Below, in pieces: positions 18,755 to 27,837 of a stretch of 64,000 bases of DNA. Every line of letters starts with the position of its first letter. Within the stretch, counting starts at the first letter, position 1. The stretch spans positions 24,350 through 88,349 of the forward strand of contig JAPOXD010000028.1 in NCBI GenBank assembly GCA_026707285.1. The letters run 5' to 3'. Origin of the DNA: Chloroflexota bacterium. Its GTDB lineage: Bacteria > Chloroflexota > UBA11872. The position numbers and the translations under genes were made by a program. The notes below the pieces were generated by a model that did no database searches, was not told the origin of the DNA, and saw only the letters and a list, made by a program, of their open reading frames with translations.

Positions 18755-19396
18755 ATGGACCAAGAACCACCCGCCGAGCACCACTACCTCCTCCGCTACG
18801 CCAAGACGGGCGACGCGCGGTACCTCTCGCTGCACGACGTGCGCCGGGCGTGGGAGCGCGCCACGCGCCGCGCCGGTTTGCCACTGGCCTATAGCCGCGG
18901 ATTCCGCCCCAAGCCCCGGCTGACCTTCGGTCCACCGCTGGCCGTGGGCACCGAGGGCCTGCGCGAGTGCGTGGTGCTGTCGCTGCGGGAGGACGTGCCG
19001 CCGGACTCGGTCCGCGAGCGACTGGCCTCCACGACCGCCGACGGGCTGGCCGTCGGCGAGGTCCGCCGGGTCGCACGCCGGAAGTTCGGGACAGCCTGGG
19101 CGACCTATGACCTGCACCTCGAGGACGCGCCCGAGGACCTCGCGGAGCGGGTGGAGCGCCTGCTCGCGGCGCCAGCCGTCGTGGTTCAACGCGATGACCG
19201 CAAGGATCGACCCGCCCGGCCGCGGGACATTCGACCGGGGCTGATGGAGCTCACGCTTGTCCCGGACAGTCGACTGCATGCCCGCCTGAGCCTGCGGGAC
19301 GGCTCCATCGTCACGCCGCGCGATCTTGCGTCGGCGCTGGGCGTCGCATTCAGAGCCGTCGTCAGGACCGAGATCGAGACCGAGCTGCGCGAGTGA
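18755..19396 (+). CDS. DUF2344 / TIGR03936-family protein
   Basis: N-terminal YAKTGDARYLSLHDVRRAWERATRRAGLPLAYSRGFRPKPRLTFGPPLAVGTEG matches the DUF2344 signature. Confidence 0.6.
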   Translation: MDQEPPAEHHYLLRYAKTGDARYLSLHDVRRAWERATRRAGLPLAYSRGFRPKPRLTFGPPLAVGTEGLRECVVLSLREDVPPDSVRERLASTTADGLAVGEVRRVARRKFGTAWATYDLHLEDAPEDLAERVERLLAAPAVVVQRDDRKDRPARPRDIRPGLMELTLVPDSRLHARLSLRDGSIVTPRDLASALGVAFRAVVRTEIETELRE

Positions 19397-20298
19397 GCAA
19401 CTCGAGGGTTCGTGCCGCATTGGGTGCGGCCGGCGTCGCCCCCATGGACCCATCGCGGATCGAACACATCGCGCGTGGCACATACCGGGTGCGCGACGGT
19501 TCCCGATTCCTCGCCTGCAAGCTCTTCGACGGACCGAAGGCCGGCGAGCGGGCGCGCACGGAGGGCGCCGCCTACACCGCCCTTGCCACGCGGGGCGCGC
19601 CGGTGCCGCGGCTGCTGGCAGTGGACGAACCGAACGCAGCCGTAGTCCGCGAGTGGGCTTCCGGCCCCACGCTGGCACAGGCGTTGTGCGGCGAAGCGGA
19701 CCGGCCCGCGTGGGAGCAGGTGTCGGCCGCCTGGGACGCCCTGCTCGCGGCGCTTGATGCATGGACTGACGCGATGGACCCCGCGCGCGTCGAGCGGGCG
19801 CACAGCCTCCGCACGTCGGAAATCGCGCCAGTCGCGGAGTCGGTGATCGCCTCGGGCCTGCTTCAGAAAGAGGATCCGGCGTGGGAGGCAGCCGCGGAGG
19901 AGATTCGCCAGCTTGCCGACACCATCGGTTCCGCCCCCATGCGGACGGTGCCGCTCGATCTGAATCCAGGCAATGTGGTCCTTGGCTCCGACGGAATCGT
20001 TTTCGTTGACCTGGAGGCCTTTGGACTTGACTTCGCCGAATGGTCGTTATGTAAAGCCACGATGCTGCCGCACAATCCCACGTCCGGTCGCGCCGGGCAG
20101 GCCCTCCTGGCCGGCCAAGGGGACGCTCCGCGCCTAGACGCAGACTCGCGCCGCCTGGCCGGCGCCCTGCTCCTCGCCCTCGCCGACGCCGCCGGCCTAT
20201 GGCGCCCCGAGCCTGCCCACCCGGCGGGTCTCAAGCTCGTGCGGCAGCTGTGCGCGCAGGCAAGAAACGTTCCGCACCTTGCCGCGGCGCTGGTCTAG
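19393..20298 (+). CDS. Aminoglycoside phosphotransferase (APH)-like / choline kinase-like kinase
   Basis: 301 aa with a protein-kinase-like fold, consistent with an APH-type phosphotransferase (DLNPGNVVLGSDGIVFVDLEAFG). The GTG start overlaps the upstream stop (GTGA). Confidence 0.5.
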   Translation: MSNSRVRAALGAAGVAPMDPSRIEHIARGTYRVRDGSRFLACKLFDGPKAGERARTEGAAYTALATRGAPVPRLLAVDEPNAAVVREWASGPTLAQALCGEADRPAWEQVSAAWDALLAALDAWTDAMDPARVERAHSLRTSEIAPVAESVIASGLLQKEDPAWEAAAEEIRQLADTIGSAPMRTVPLDLNPGNVVLGSDGIVFVDLEAFGLDFAEWSLCKATMLPHNPTSGRAGQALLAGQGDAPRLDADSRRLAGALLLALADAAGLWRPEPAHPAGLKLVRQLCAQARNVPHLAAALV

Positions 20299-20328
20299 AC
20301 TCTGGTACACGACACAGGGGATCGACCC

Positions 20329-20583
20329 ATGAGCGAAGGCTTCCAGCCGCGATCGCGCGACCTCGTGATCGGCGGCATTCCCTGGATTGCCCGCATGTCG
20401 GACAAGGCCCGGGCCAAGGCCGACGGGACCATCGACGACTACATCTACCCGTGCCCCATTGACAAGCGCGTGCTGGGCGAGCTTGGGATCTCGGCGGATG
20501 AGTTCATGCGCATCGCCACGACCAGCGACACCGACGGCGAGCTGATCGACCAGGTGCGCGAGGCAAGCAAGGCCGTCAGCTAA
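20329..20583 (+). CDS. DUF5069-like small protein
   Basis: 84 aa (GGIPWIARMSDKARAK...DYIYPCPIDKRVL). Assignment is by recollection only. Confidence 0.35.
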   Translation: MSEGFQPRSRDLVIGGIPWIARMSDKARAKADGTIDDYIYPCPIDKRVLGELGISADEFMRIATTSDTDGELIDQVREASKAVS

Positions 20584-20590
20584 CCGCCGG

Positions 20591-21355
20591 GTGTCCGAGC
20601 GCCGCGACGACCTGATCGCGTTTCTGGACGCCACGCTGGAGGCGGCCGCGTTTCCAGACTATGGGCCGATGGGCCTGCAGGTGGTCGGCAGCGAGCGCGT
20701 CGAGCGCGTGGTCACCGCCGTCAGCTCCAGCTTGGCGCTCTTTGAGCAAGCCGCCCAGGCCCGGGCGCAGCTGGTCGTCGTGCACCACGGGCTCTTCTGG
20801 GACCGTGACTCACGTGTGGTCAGTCGGGTCATGCGCGACCGGCTGCGGGCGCTGTTCGACGCCGACATCAACCTGGCCGCCTATCACCTGGCGTTGGACG
20901 CGCACGACAGCCTGGGCAACAACGCGCAGATCGTGCGGGCCCTCGGGCTCGAGCCGGAGTCCACGCCGTTCGCGGTGAGCGGCGGTCAGCCCATCGGCAA
21001 GATCGCCCGCGCGACTCAGCCGCTATCACCATCGTCGCTGGTCGAGCGCGTGGAAACCGCCATTGGCCGGCCGCACGCGACGTTCATGCACGGACCGTCC
21101 TCGATCCGGCAGGTTGCGGTGTGCAGCGGCAGCGGCGCGTCATTCATTCAGGAGGCCCAGAGCCTCGGCGCCGACGCCCTGCTGACGGGCGACATGGCCG
21201 AGCCGGCGGAGATGCAGGCGCGCGAGCTTGGCATCCATTTCATCGCCGCCGGGCACTATGCGACCGAGGTATTCGGGGTGCGCGCCCTGGCCGGCCTAAT
21301 CGCCGAGCAGCGCGACTGCGAGGCGTCGTTTCTCGACTTGCCGACGATCGCTTAG
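20591..21355 (+). CDS. Nif3-like dinuclear metal center protein (YqfO/GTP cyclohydrolase I type 2 family)
   Basis: Starts MGLQVVGSERVERVVTAVSSSL...LVVVHHGLFW and ends with HYATE, typical of Nif3. Confidence 0.7.
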   Translation: MSERRDDLIAFLDATLEAAAFPDYGPMGLQVVGSERVERVVTAVSSSLALFEQAAQARAQLVVVHHGLFWDRDSRVVSRVMRDRLRALFDADINLAAYHLALDAHDSLGNNAQIVRALGLEPESTPFAVSGGQPIGKIARATQPLSPSSLVERVETAIGRPHATFMHGPSSIRQVAVCSGSGASFIQEAQSLGADALLTGDMAEPAEMQARELGIHFIAAGHYATEVFGVRALAGLIAEQRDCEASFLDLPTIA

Positions 21356-21396
21356 CCCCACCGGCAGGGCCGGCTCGCGACCGGATCGACGCAGAC

Positions 21397-22023
21397 TCAG
21401 GCTGAAGCCGTGGCCGCCTGCTTCCGGATCCCACGAGCGGCGTAGTAGGCGACGCCGCGACCGATGATCCGGCTGGCGAACGATGCGACAAGCACGACCA
21501 CCGCCGCCACGGCCGCGAGTATGCCGATGAGCAGAACGTCCTGCTCGCCGCTCGCGGCCCGTCGCAGCAGCTCCACCACCAGGCAGACCAGCGCGACCAG
21601 AGCCCCCAGCCAACCCGCCCGGAGGGCAATGTAGGAATAGTTCAGCCGACCGAGCGCCCCTCCGCCGATGCCCGCGTCGCGAAGCGCCCGGGCGTGGAGG
21701 GCCGCGGACACGTCACCCCCGGCGCGCTCCACGTGGGCGTGCAACGGACCGGGGGTCGTCTCCGCCGCCAGCAACGCGGCGAACTCGCTCACGCGGCCCG
21801 GCACGCGCCAAAACGGCTCGTAGTCCAGCGACAGCCCAACAAGCGTGCGCGTGAAGAAGTAGCCGAGCACCACGAACGCCAGCCACTCGATGGTGAGCGA
21901 GGTGCGCCCGAGCCACGGTTCCCCCTGGACCCCGATGAAGCCGTCGATCACCGTGCGGCCGGCCACCAACGGCCCGACGCCGATCGCCGCATAGAGCGGA
22001 ACGTCGGCAACGTGTCGCAGCAT
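21397..22023 (-). CDS. Hypothetical polytopic membrane protein
   Basis: 208 aa with 4 to 5 hydrophobic segments. No recognised motif. Confidence 0.35.
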   Translation of the reverse strand: MLRHVADVPLYAAIGVGPLVAGRTVIDGFIGVQGEPWLGRTSLTIEWLAFVVLGYFFTRTLVGLSLDYEPFWRVPGRVSEFAALLAAETTPGPLHAHVERAGGDVSAALHARALRDAGIGGGALGRLNYSYIALRAGWLGALVALVCLVVELLRRAASGEQDVLLIGILAAVAAVVVLVASFASRIIGRGVAYYAARGIRKQAATASA

Positions 22024-22041
22024 CGAGATGCGCCTCGGCGA

Positions 22042-22665
22042 CTAGCTGGCAACTGCGGGCCGCAGCCGTGCGCGGTCGGGGAATTCGTCTGGCGCCAACA
22101 TCGGCCGCACCCAGCGCGCCGCCAATCCGTCGGCGGTCCGCTCCGCCATGACAACTGCCCATCCGCCAACGACAACGCCGTCAGCCTGCTCGGTCGCCCG
22201 CAGGGCAATATCAACGTCGTTGCCGAGAATGGTGAAAACGCTGATCGCGCCGTGCGACAGGCCCGTGACCTCACCGATCGCGATCACCATGGCGGCGGCG
22301 TATCCGTCAGCACGGCCCGGCGAGCGTGCGCCGTACTTGCCGCCCGTATCGCGATCCCAAGAGTCCTTGCCGAACGTGCCGCGCCCGAATCGGCTCGGCG
22401 GGCGGGCGAATCCAGGCCTATAGCCCTGTGGAGGGCCGAATCGCTCGCTCCATCGCCCCACTTCGACCGTGCTCACGTAGGCCACCGTCTGGCCGTCGTC
22501 GTCCGCCAGACGGTTGGCGACGGAAAGGCCCAGCGCTGCACCACCAAGGGCCAGCGCCACCAGCGCCAGAGCGATCACGGCAGCGCTTCGCGAAACGGAC
22601 GGAAGCCGCACGCGCCGCCTTTCCGAAGTCGGCGGCTGGGGCTCTTGCGGAGCGTCGCTGCTCAT
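22042..22665 (-). CDS. Hypothetical membrane-anchored protein
   Basis: 207 aa. One N-terminal TM helix (AAVIALALVALALGGAALGL) followed by a Gly/Arg-rich segment. Confidence 0.35.
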   Translation of the reverse strand: MSSDAPQEPQPPTSERRRVRLPSVSRSAAVIALALVALALGGAALGLSVANRLADDDGQTVAYVSTVEVGRWSERFGPPQGYRPGFARPPSRFGRGTFGKDSWDRDTGGKYGARSPGRADGYAAAMVIAIGEVTGLSHGAISVFTILGNDVDIALRATEQADGVVVGGWAVVMAERTADGLAARWVRPMLAPDEFPDRARLRPAVAS

Positions 22666-22744
22666 GCCGCCGAGTTTAGGTCATGCCGCCGTTGGCGCCC
22701 GATCATTGAGCCGGCCGGCGCCGCGCCAGTAGACTGGGCACCCA

Positions 22745-22820
22745 GCCTCCGTAGCTCAATTGGCAGAGCAGCGGACTCTTAATCCGAAGGTTGTAGGTTC
22801 GATTCCTACCGGGGGTACCA
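22745..22820 (+). tRNA. tRNA-Lys (anticodon CTT)
   Basis: Cloverleaf resolved by hand. Acceptor GCCTCCG/CGGGGGT, D arm GCTC-AATTGGCA-GAGC, anticodon stem GCGGA/TCCGA with loop CTCTTAA, T arm GTAGG-TTCGATT-CCTAC, discriminator A, and encoded CCA. Confidence 0.85.
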
Positions 22821-22960
22821 GACCTAGACGACGGAGTCCTTTGGCGCGGAGCACCCGGGCGTCCGGGCACAATGTCTTCGATCCGGTAAAGCCAAGAAGT
22901 CCCTTCACCGGCCAGGCCGCATAGAATAGGCGGCCTCGGCCACTCCGGGTACCGCCGCCC

Positions 22961-23884
22961 ATGTCATCCAACGTCGAGTACGACAGCGACGCCCGCACGT
23001 TCGACTGCGCGCCCACCCTCACCGACAGCCAGGTGCTCGAGTTCTGCCGCGATGGACACATGCTCCTCGAGGGCGTGGTGCCGGACGAGATCAACCAGAA
23101 GTGCTGCGACTACTTGGACGGCAAGCTTCCGCTGAACCCGTTCATGATGCCGCCGGGGCTGACGCTGGACGAGTTGGAGCGCATCCGCAACTCGCACGAA
23201 CCGAGCTCGATCCTGCTCGAGGATTGGTTCATCGAGCACGTGCTGCTGAATCCGCAACTCGCGGGCGCGCTGCGGTCCCTGCTGGGCGCCGGCGTCGGTC
23301 TGCCGGTAATCACCAGCCACCATCTGGCCGAGTGCCCCCTGCCGGCGCAGGGTTGGCATCAAGACGCGGATCACATTTTCGGTCCAGAGCTCAAATTCCT
23401 GGAAGTCTTCTACTTTCCGCAGGACACCCCGGCCGGGATGGGTCCCACGGAGGTTTTTCCCGGCACCCACATCGGACCCAACAAGCGCGACTTCGAGGAG
23501 CAAGGCGTCCTGCTCGAGGGTCCCGCCGGGACGATCGGCATCCACCACCAGAGCATCCTGCACCGGCGCGGCGTCTCCACCTCGACGGGCCGGCGGCGAA
23601 TGCTGAAGTACAACTACTGGCGCTCGGCCGAACCGCAGCGGGATTGGATCGTGGAGGACGACTTCGACTTCCACACCGCCTACTACGGCGGCCACCGCAC
23701 CGCCATCTTTGTGGCGCACATGTTCTATTGGCTCTGCGGCAGGGACGACGACTACCGCGTCATCGGCGGGCAGGCCTGGCCCTGGCGCACGCCGCAGCAG
23801 GTGTTCCCGTCCATGGGATACAACGCCAAGGAGGGCTACCGCCCCGACTGGCGCCGAACCGGCCCGGACACCTTCGCGCGGTAG
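22961..23884 (+). CDS. Phytanoyl-CoA dioxygenase (PhyH) family Fe(II)/2OG oxygenase
   Basis: 307 aa with a PhyH-like fold. Has an HxD...H arrangement (GWHQDADH...IHHQSILHRRG). Confidence 0.6.
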   Translation: MSSNVEYDSDARTFDCAPTLTDSQVLEFCRDGHMLLEGVVPDEINQKCCDYLDGKLPLNPFMMPPGLTLDELERIRNSHEPSSILLEDWFIEHVLLNPQLAGALRSLLGAGVGLPVITSHHLAECPLPAQGWHQDADHIFGPELKFLEVFYFPQDTPAGMGPTEVFPGTHIGPNKRDFEEQGVLLEGPAGTIGIHHQSILHRRGVSTSTGRRRMLKYNYWRSAEPQRDWIVEDDFDFHTAYYGGHRTAIFVAHMFYWLCGRDDDYRVIGGQAWPWRTPQQVFPSMGYNAKEGYRPDWRRTGPDTFAR

Positions 23885-23976
23885 CCGCCGGCGGCGGATC
23901 CCGCTTCGCAAGCGGCGGCCCGGCGGCCCAGACTGCGTGCAGCCTGGGAAAACGCGGATCCTGAACGTTGGCGTAT

Positions 23977-24000
23977 CCTTACTATTAGCGACAAGTAAGG
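23977..24000. promoter_or_regulatory. Inverted repeat (CCTTAC-N12-GTAAGG) upstream of vapB; putative antitoxin operator
   Basis: ccttactattagcgacaagtaagg lies 9 nt upstream of the vapB ATG. Confidence 0.3.
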
Positions 24001-24008
24001 ACAATCAC

Positions 24009-24257
24009 ATGGACGTCGCAGCTCGTGTCAGCTCGAAGGGCCAGGTCACGATTCCGCGTGCGGTGCGTGAGGCGCTCACCATCCACGAGGGCGACCAGGT
24101 CATCTTCAGGGTCGAGGGACAGCGGGCGATCCTGGCGCGCAGCCCCGACCTGATCCACTTGGCCGGCTCGGTGAGCGTGCCCGCGGCGAAGCGTGGCACG
24201 GCGTGGGATGACGTGGTGCGCGAAACCCGGAAGGCCAGGCCCGCCTCCAGGCGATGA
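24009..24257 (+). CDS. vapB: AbrB/MazE/SpoVT-family antitoxin (VapB)
   Basis: SKGQVTIPRAVREALTIHEGDQVIF swapped-hairpin motif. ATGA overlap with the downstream PIN gene. Confidence 0.7.
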   Translation: MDVAARVSSKGQVTIPRAVREALTIHEGDQVIFRVEGQRAILARSPDLIHLAGSVSVPAAKRGTAWDDVVRETRKARPASRR

Positions 24258-24649
24258 CGGCCTTTCTCGACACCAACGTCCTCGTCCGGCATCTCACGGG
24301 CGATCCCCCGGAACAGGCGAAGAGGGCCACTCGATACCTCGATCAGGCGGACAACCTGCTACTCCCGGACCTGATCCTCGCCGAGGTCGCGTATGTGCTG
24401 GAGTCGTACTACGAGGCGCCTCGCCAACGGGTGGCTGAGGCGCTGCGGTCCATCCTGGCCTTCCGCGCGATTCGTGTGGTTGACGGCCCGCTGCTCCTGC
24501 GCGCGGTGGAGGTTTACGAGGTGCACGAACTCGACTTTGCCGACGCTTACCTGGTAGCCAGCGCGGAGCGGACGGGCGTCGGGGTGGTGGCCTCGTTCGA
24601 CCGTGCGATCGACCGCATAGGAACAGTCCGGCGCGAGCAGCCGCCGTAG
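24254..24649 (+). CDS. vapC: PIN-domain toxin VapC
   Basis: FLDTNVLV N-terminus with conserved acidic residues (D5, E, D, D) in PIN spacing. 131 aa. Confidence 0.75.
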   Translation: MTAFLDTNVLVRHLTGDPPEQAKRATRYLDQADNLLLPDLILAEVAYVLESYYEAPRQRVAEALRSILAFRAIRVVDGPLLLRAVEVYEVHELDFADAYLVASAERTGVGVVASFDRAIDRIGTVRREQPP

Positions 24650-24863
24650 GGCGATCAGCGGACCGATGGGCCGATTTCGCCGCGTCCTCGCTGACCGCGC
24701 CGGGCCGACATGCCTACGCATTGCTTCATTTCGCCGGACATCACCAAGGCGCCTGCCGCCTGCGCACGATCTCCAGCATGTGCACTCCTTCACATGAATT
24801 CGCTGCAATCCCGTATGATGTGCCGTCTTTCCGGGAGACCACGCTGAACCGAACAGGACTGTC

Positions 24864-25778
24864 TTGAACGACCTCGTCATCCAGACCAGTGCCTTGACGA
24901 AGCGTTACGGGCACATCCTGGCCGTGGACCAACTCTCGCTGGAAGTGCCTCGCGGGCGCATTTTCGGTCTCCTCGGGCCGAACGGATCGGGAAAGACCAC
25001 CACCATCGGCATGCTGCTGGGCCTGGTGCGTCCGACCTCGGGCAGCTTCAGCCTGCTGGGCTCAGGGACGAGCCATGCCGAGGCCCTGCATCGCGTGGGC
25101 GCCATCGTCGAACAGCCGTACTTCTATCCGTATCTCTCCGGTCGCCGCAATCTGGCCTACTTCCAGGGAATCTCCGGGCGCGGCTCGCCCAAGGAGCTGG
25201 ACGACCTGCTCGAGCAAGTGGGTTTGGCGGACCGCGCGGGCGACCGATTCCAAACCTACTCGCTGGGCATGAAGCAGCGCCTGGGCCTGGCCTACACCCT
25301 GCTTGGCAACCCCGAGCTGCTGATCCTGGACGAGCCGACCAACGGCATGGACCCGGCGGGCATGGCCGAGGTGCGCGACTTGATTCGCAGCCTGGGAAGC
25401 GCCGACCGCACGGTGCTGCTCTCCAGCCACCTGCTCAACGAGGTGGAGCAGATCTGCGACAGCGTCGCCATCCTGTCCAAGGGCAAGGTGATTGCCCAGG
25501 GCGCCGTCGGCGACCTGCTGCACCCGCAGGAGCAAGTCCGCCTGCGGACCTCCGACGACGCCAAGGCGGTCGAGGTTCTCGCGGCGCTGGATTGGGTGGA
25601 GGACGTGCGGATCGAGGGCGAGGCGCTCATCGTGACGGCGCCCCACGACCGAACGTCGGAGTTGAGCGAAGCGCTGGGCCGGGCGGGCGTCTACATATCT
25701 GAAATCACACCGCTGCAAATGTCGCTGGAGCAGTACTTCCTCGAAGTCACCGGCGATGTCGCGGGTGAGATCCAATGA
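24864..25778 (+). CDS. ABC transporter ATP-binding protein (ABC-2 type)
   Basis: Walker A GPNGSGKTT, signature LSGGMKQRL-like (YSLGMKQRLGLA), Walker B LLILDEPTNGMD. TTG start. Confidence 0.85.
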   Translation: MNDLVIQTSALTKRYGHILAVDQLSLEVPRGRIFGLLGPNGSGKTTTIGMLLGLVRPTSGSFSLLGSGTSHAEALHRVGAIVEQPYFYPYLSGRRNLAYFQGISGRGSPKELDDLLEQVGLADRAGDRFQTYSLGMKQRLGLAYTLLGNPELLILDEPTNGMDPAGMAEVRDLIRSLGSADRTVLLSSHLLNEVEQICDSVAILSKGKVIAQGAVGDLLHPQEQVRLRTSDDAKAVEVLAALDWVEDVRIEGEALIVTAPHDRTSELSEALGRAGVYISEITPLQMSLEQYFLEVTGDVAGEIQ

Positions 25779-26815
25779 TCGGGCACGTCCTTAGACTCAC
25801 GCGCTGGGAGTGGTTCAAGCTGCACCGCCGCCGGATGCCGTGGATTCTGCTGATCATCGGCGTGGCCATTTCGCAGCTCATCTTCTGGAGCACCTACGCC
25901 TTCGTCCAGAGCGGAGGGCCCGCCAATCAATCGAGCATTTCGTTCGACGCCACCGATACGGCTGGGGAAACCGTCGAGATCGAGTTCACCTGCGCTGATC
26001 TCCGCGACATGGAGGGGGGCGAAATCCCCATCGACATCGATCGATTCTCCCAGGAGGAGCAGCAGAATATCGCCAGGGGCCTGCAAGAGTTTGCCGAGAG
26101 ATGTGAGTCCGTCAACGAGGACTCCAACGACATCCGGCAAGCCCTGTTGCTTCCCAACAGCCTCACGTTTGCCATGGCCAGTTCGTTGGCCTTCTTCGGC
26201 GTCATTCTCATGATGATTCTGGCGGCGTCGACAGCCGGAACCGAATACGGCTGGGGGACCCTGCGCACCGTCCTGGTGAAGGGCGTCGGCCGGTGGCAGT
26301 TGCTGGCGGTCAAGACGCTGGTCATCGGGCTCGCGAGCGCCGGCCTGAGCGCCGCCGTTTTGGCAACCGTCGGCGTTGCCAGCGTAGTCGCGACCCTCAC
26401 GCTGGAAGACGGCGCGCTTGTCGGGGCCGGGGAGTGGTCCGAGTTTGCCATCGCGTTCGGCAAGCTCATCTATGTCTATCTGCCGTATGTGGCGTTGGCC
26501 GTGCTGATGTCCGTGTTGACCTCATCGTCGGGAATGGGCATTGCGATCGGCGTCGGCTACTACGTCATTGAGTCAATCGTCGTCGGCATCCTGGTCAACT
26601 TCGATTGGTTCGAGGGAATCTCCAACTTTGTCCTGGGACGCGTGACCAGCGGTTGGTTGGAACTCGGCGACTTCTCGTTTGGAGGTGGAGGCGTTGGCGA
26701 AATGCCCGACCCTCTGCCCGCCGCGATGGTGATGCTGGGCTACATCGTCATCCTCGGCGGCCTCGCCTTCGTGCTGTTCCAGCGCAAGGACGTCGCCGGC
26801 GCCAAGGGCGGGTAG
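25775..26815 (+). CDS. ABC-2 family transporter permease
   Basis: 346 aa with 6 TM segments. ATGA-coupled to the ATPase. Confidence 0.6.
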   Translation: MIGHVLRLTRWEWFKLHRRRMPWILLIIGVAISQLIFWSTYAFVQSGGPANQSSISFDATDTAGETVEIEFTCADLRDMEGGEIPIDIDRFSQEEQQNIARGLQEFAERCESVNEDSNDIRQALLLPNSLTFAMASSLAFFGVILMMILAASTAGTEYGWGTLRTVLVKGVGRWQLLAVKTLVIGLASAGLSAAVLATVGVASVVATLTLEDGALVGAGEWSEFAIAFGKLIYVYLPYVALAVLMSVLTSSSGMGIAIGVGYYVIESIVVGILVNFDWFEGISNFVLGRVTSGWLELGDFSFGGGGVGEMPDPLPAAMVMLGYIVILGGLAFVLFQRKDVAGAKGG

Positions 26816-26916
26816 CGGGGCGTAGCCAGCCGGCGTCCACCCCTTGCAGCCCAGGCGTGCTTTGTAGGGGCGGTGCGCGAACCGCCCCTGCCCGATCCAG
26901 AGTCCTACACGCGCAA

Positions 26917-27795
26917 CTACCCGGCGAACTCGAACGCCGGGCGTCCCTGTACTCCGGGCCGCGCGCGGAACAGGCCGCCCGCGTGCGGCTCGCGCTCGAG
27001 CGCCGCGGCGTCGAGACCCCGGCACCCGCTGGTGATGTAGAGATCGCGCAGATCGGGTCCACCGAAGGCGCAGCTTGTGACCTGCGTGACCGGCAGCGTA
27101 ATCTCCCGGTCCAGCCGACCCTGCGGGTCGAATCGCCGCACGCGGCTGCTGCCCCAGAACGCCACCCAGAGATAGCCCTCGGCGTCGAGCGTCATGCCGT
27201 CGGGCGTGCCCCATGACTCGGGCACGTCGATGAGCGGGCGGCGATTGGCGATATCGCCGGTGGCGGCGTCGTAGTCGAAGACATCGACGCTCCCCGCGAA
27301 CGAGTCGATGAAGTACATGCGCCGCTCGTCGAAGGTCCAGTCGAGCCCGTTGGACACCCAGAGCTCCCCCACCATGGGATGCAGCGACAGATCGGCGTCC
27401 AGCCGGTGGAGCACGCCGATGGGGGCGTCGTGGGTCATGCGCGTCGTACCGGCCCAGAACCGGCCCTGCGGGTCGCACTTGCCGTCGTTCATGCGGTTCT
27501 CGGGAAGGTCCGCCTCGACCGGCACGACCAACTCGAACCGGCCGTCACGATCAACGGAGGCGAAGCCGTTGGTCACCGCGGCCATGTAGCCACCGGACGC
27601 GCGGCGCACCACGGCGCCGGGATACTGCGGGACCTCGATTTCCCGATTGACGCCGGTTGCCGGATCGAACTCGTAAATGCGCTTGCCCTCGATGTCGACC
27701 CAGACCAGGAGGCCCGTGGAGGCGTCCCACACCGGCCCCTCGCCGACGATGGCGTGCGCGTCGGCCACCAACTCGACCGCGGTCGATTCACTCAT
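26917..27795 (-). CDS. SMP-30/gluconolactonase/LRE family protein
   Basis: Beta-propeller family motifs (GEGPVWD, NDGKCDPQGRFWAGT, SNGLDWT, TPDGMTLDAEGYLWVA). Confidence 0.75.
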   Translation of the reverse strand: MSESTAVELVADAHAIVGEGPVWDASTGLLVWVDIEGKRIYEFDPATGVNREIEVPQYPGAVVRRASGGYMAAVTNGFASVDRDGRFELVVPVEADLPENRMNDGKCDPQGRFWAGTTRMTHDAPIGVLHRLDADLSLHPMVGELWVSNGLDWTFDERRMYFIDSFAGSVDVFDYDAATGDIANRRPLIDVPESWGTPDGMTLDAEGYLWVAFWGSSRVRRFDPQGRLDREITLPVTQVTSCAFGGPDLRDLYITSGCRGLDAAALEREPHAGGLFRARPGVQGRPAFEFAG

Positions 27796-27837
27796 CGCTC
27801 ACCTCCTGTGGCTGCGGGCCGCACTCGCGACCCAGCC

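Noticed and set aside
18665-19762. 365-aa - strand ORF.
   Set aside because: Antisense to the DUF2344 and kinase genes and Arg/Pro-rich.
21694-22782. 362-aa + strand ORF running into the tRNA-Lys.
   Set aside because: It overlaps two minus-strand membrane-protein genes and the tRNA and has shadow-ORF composition.
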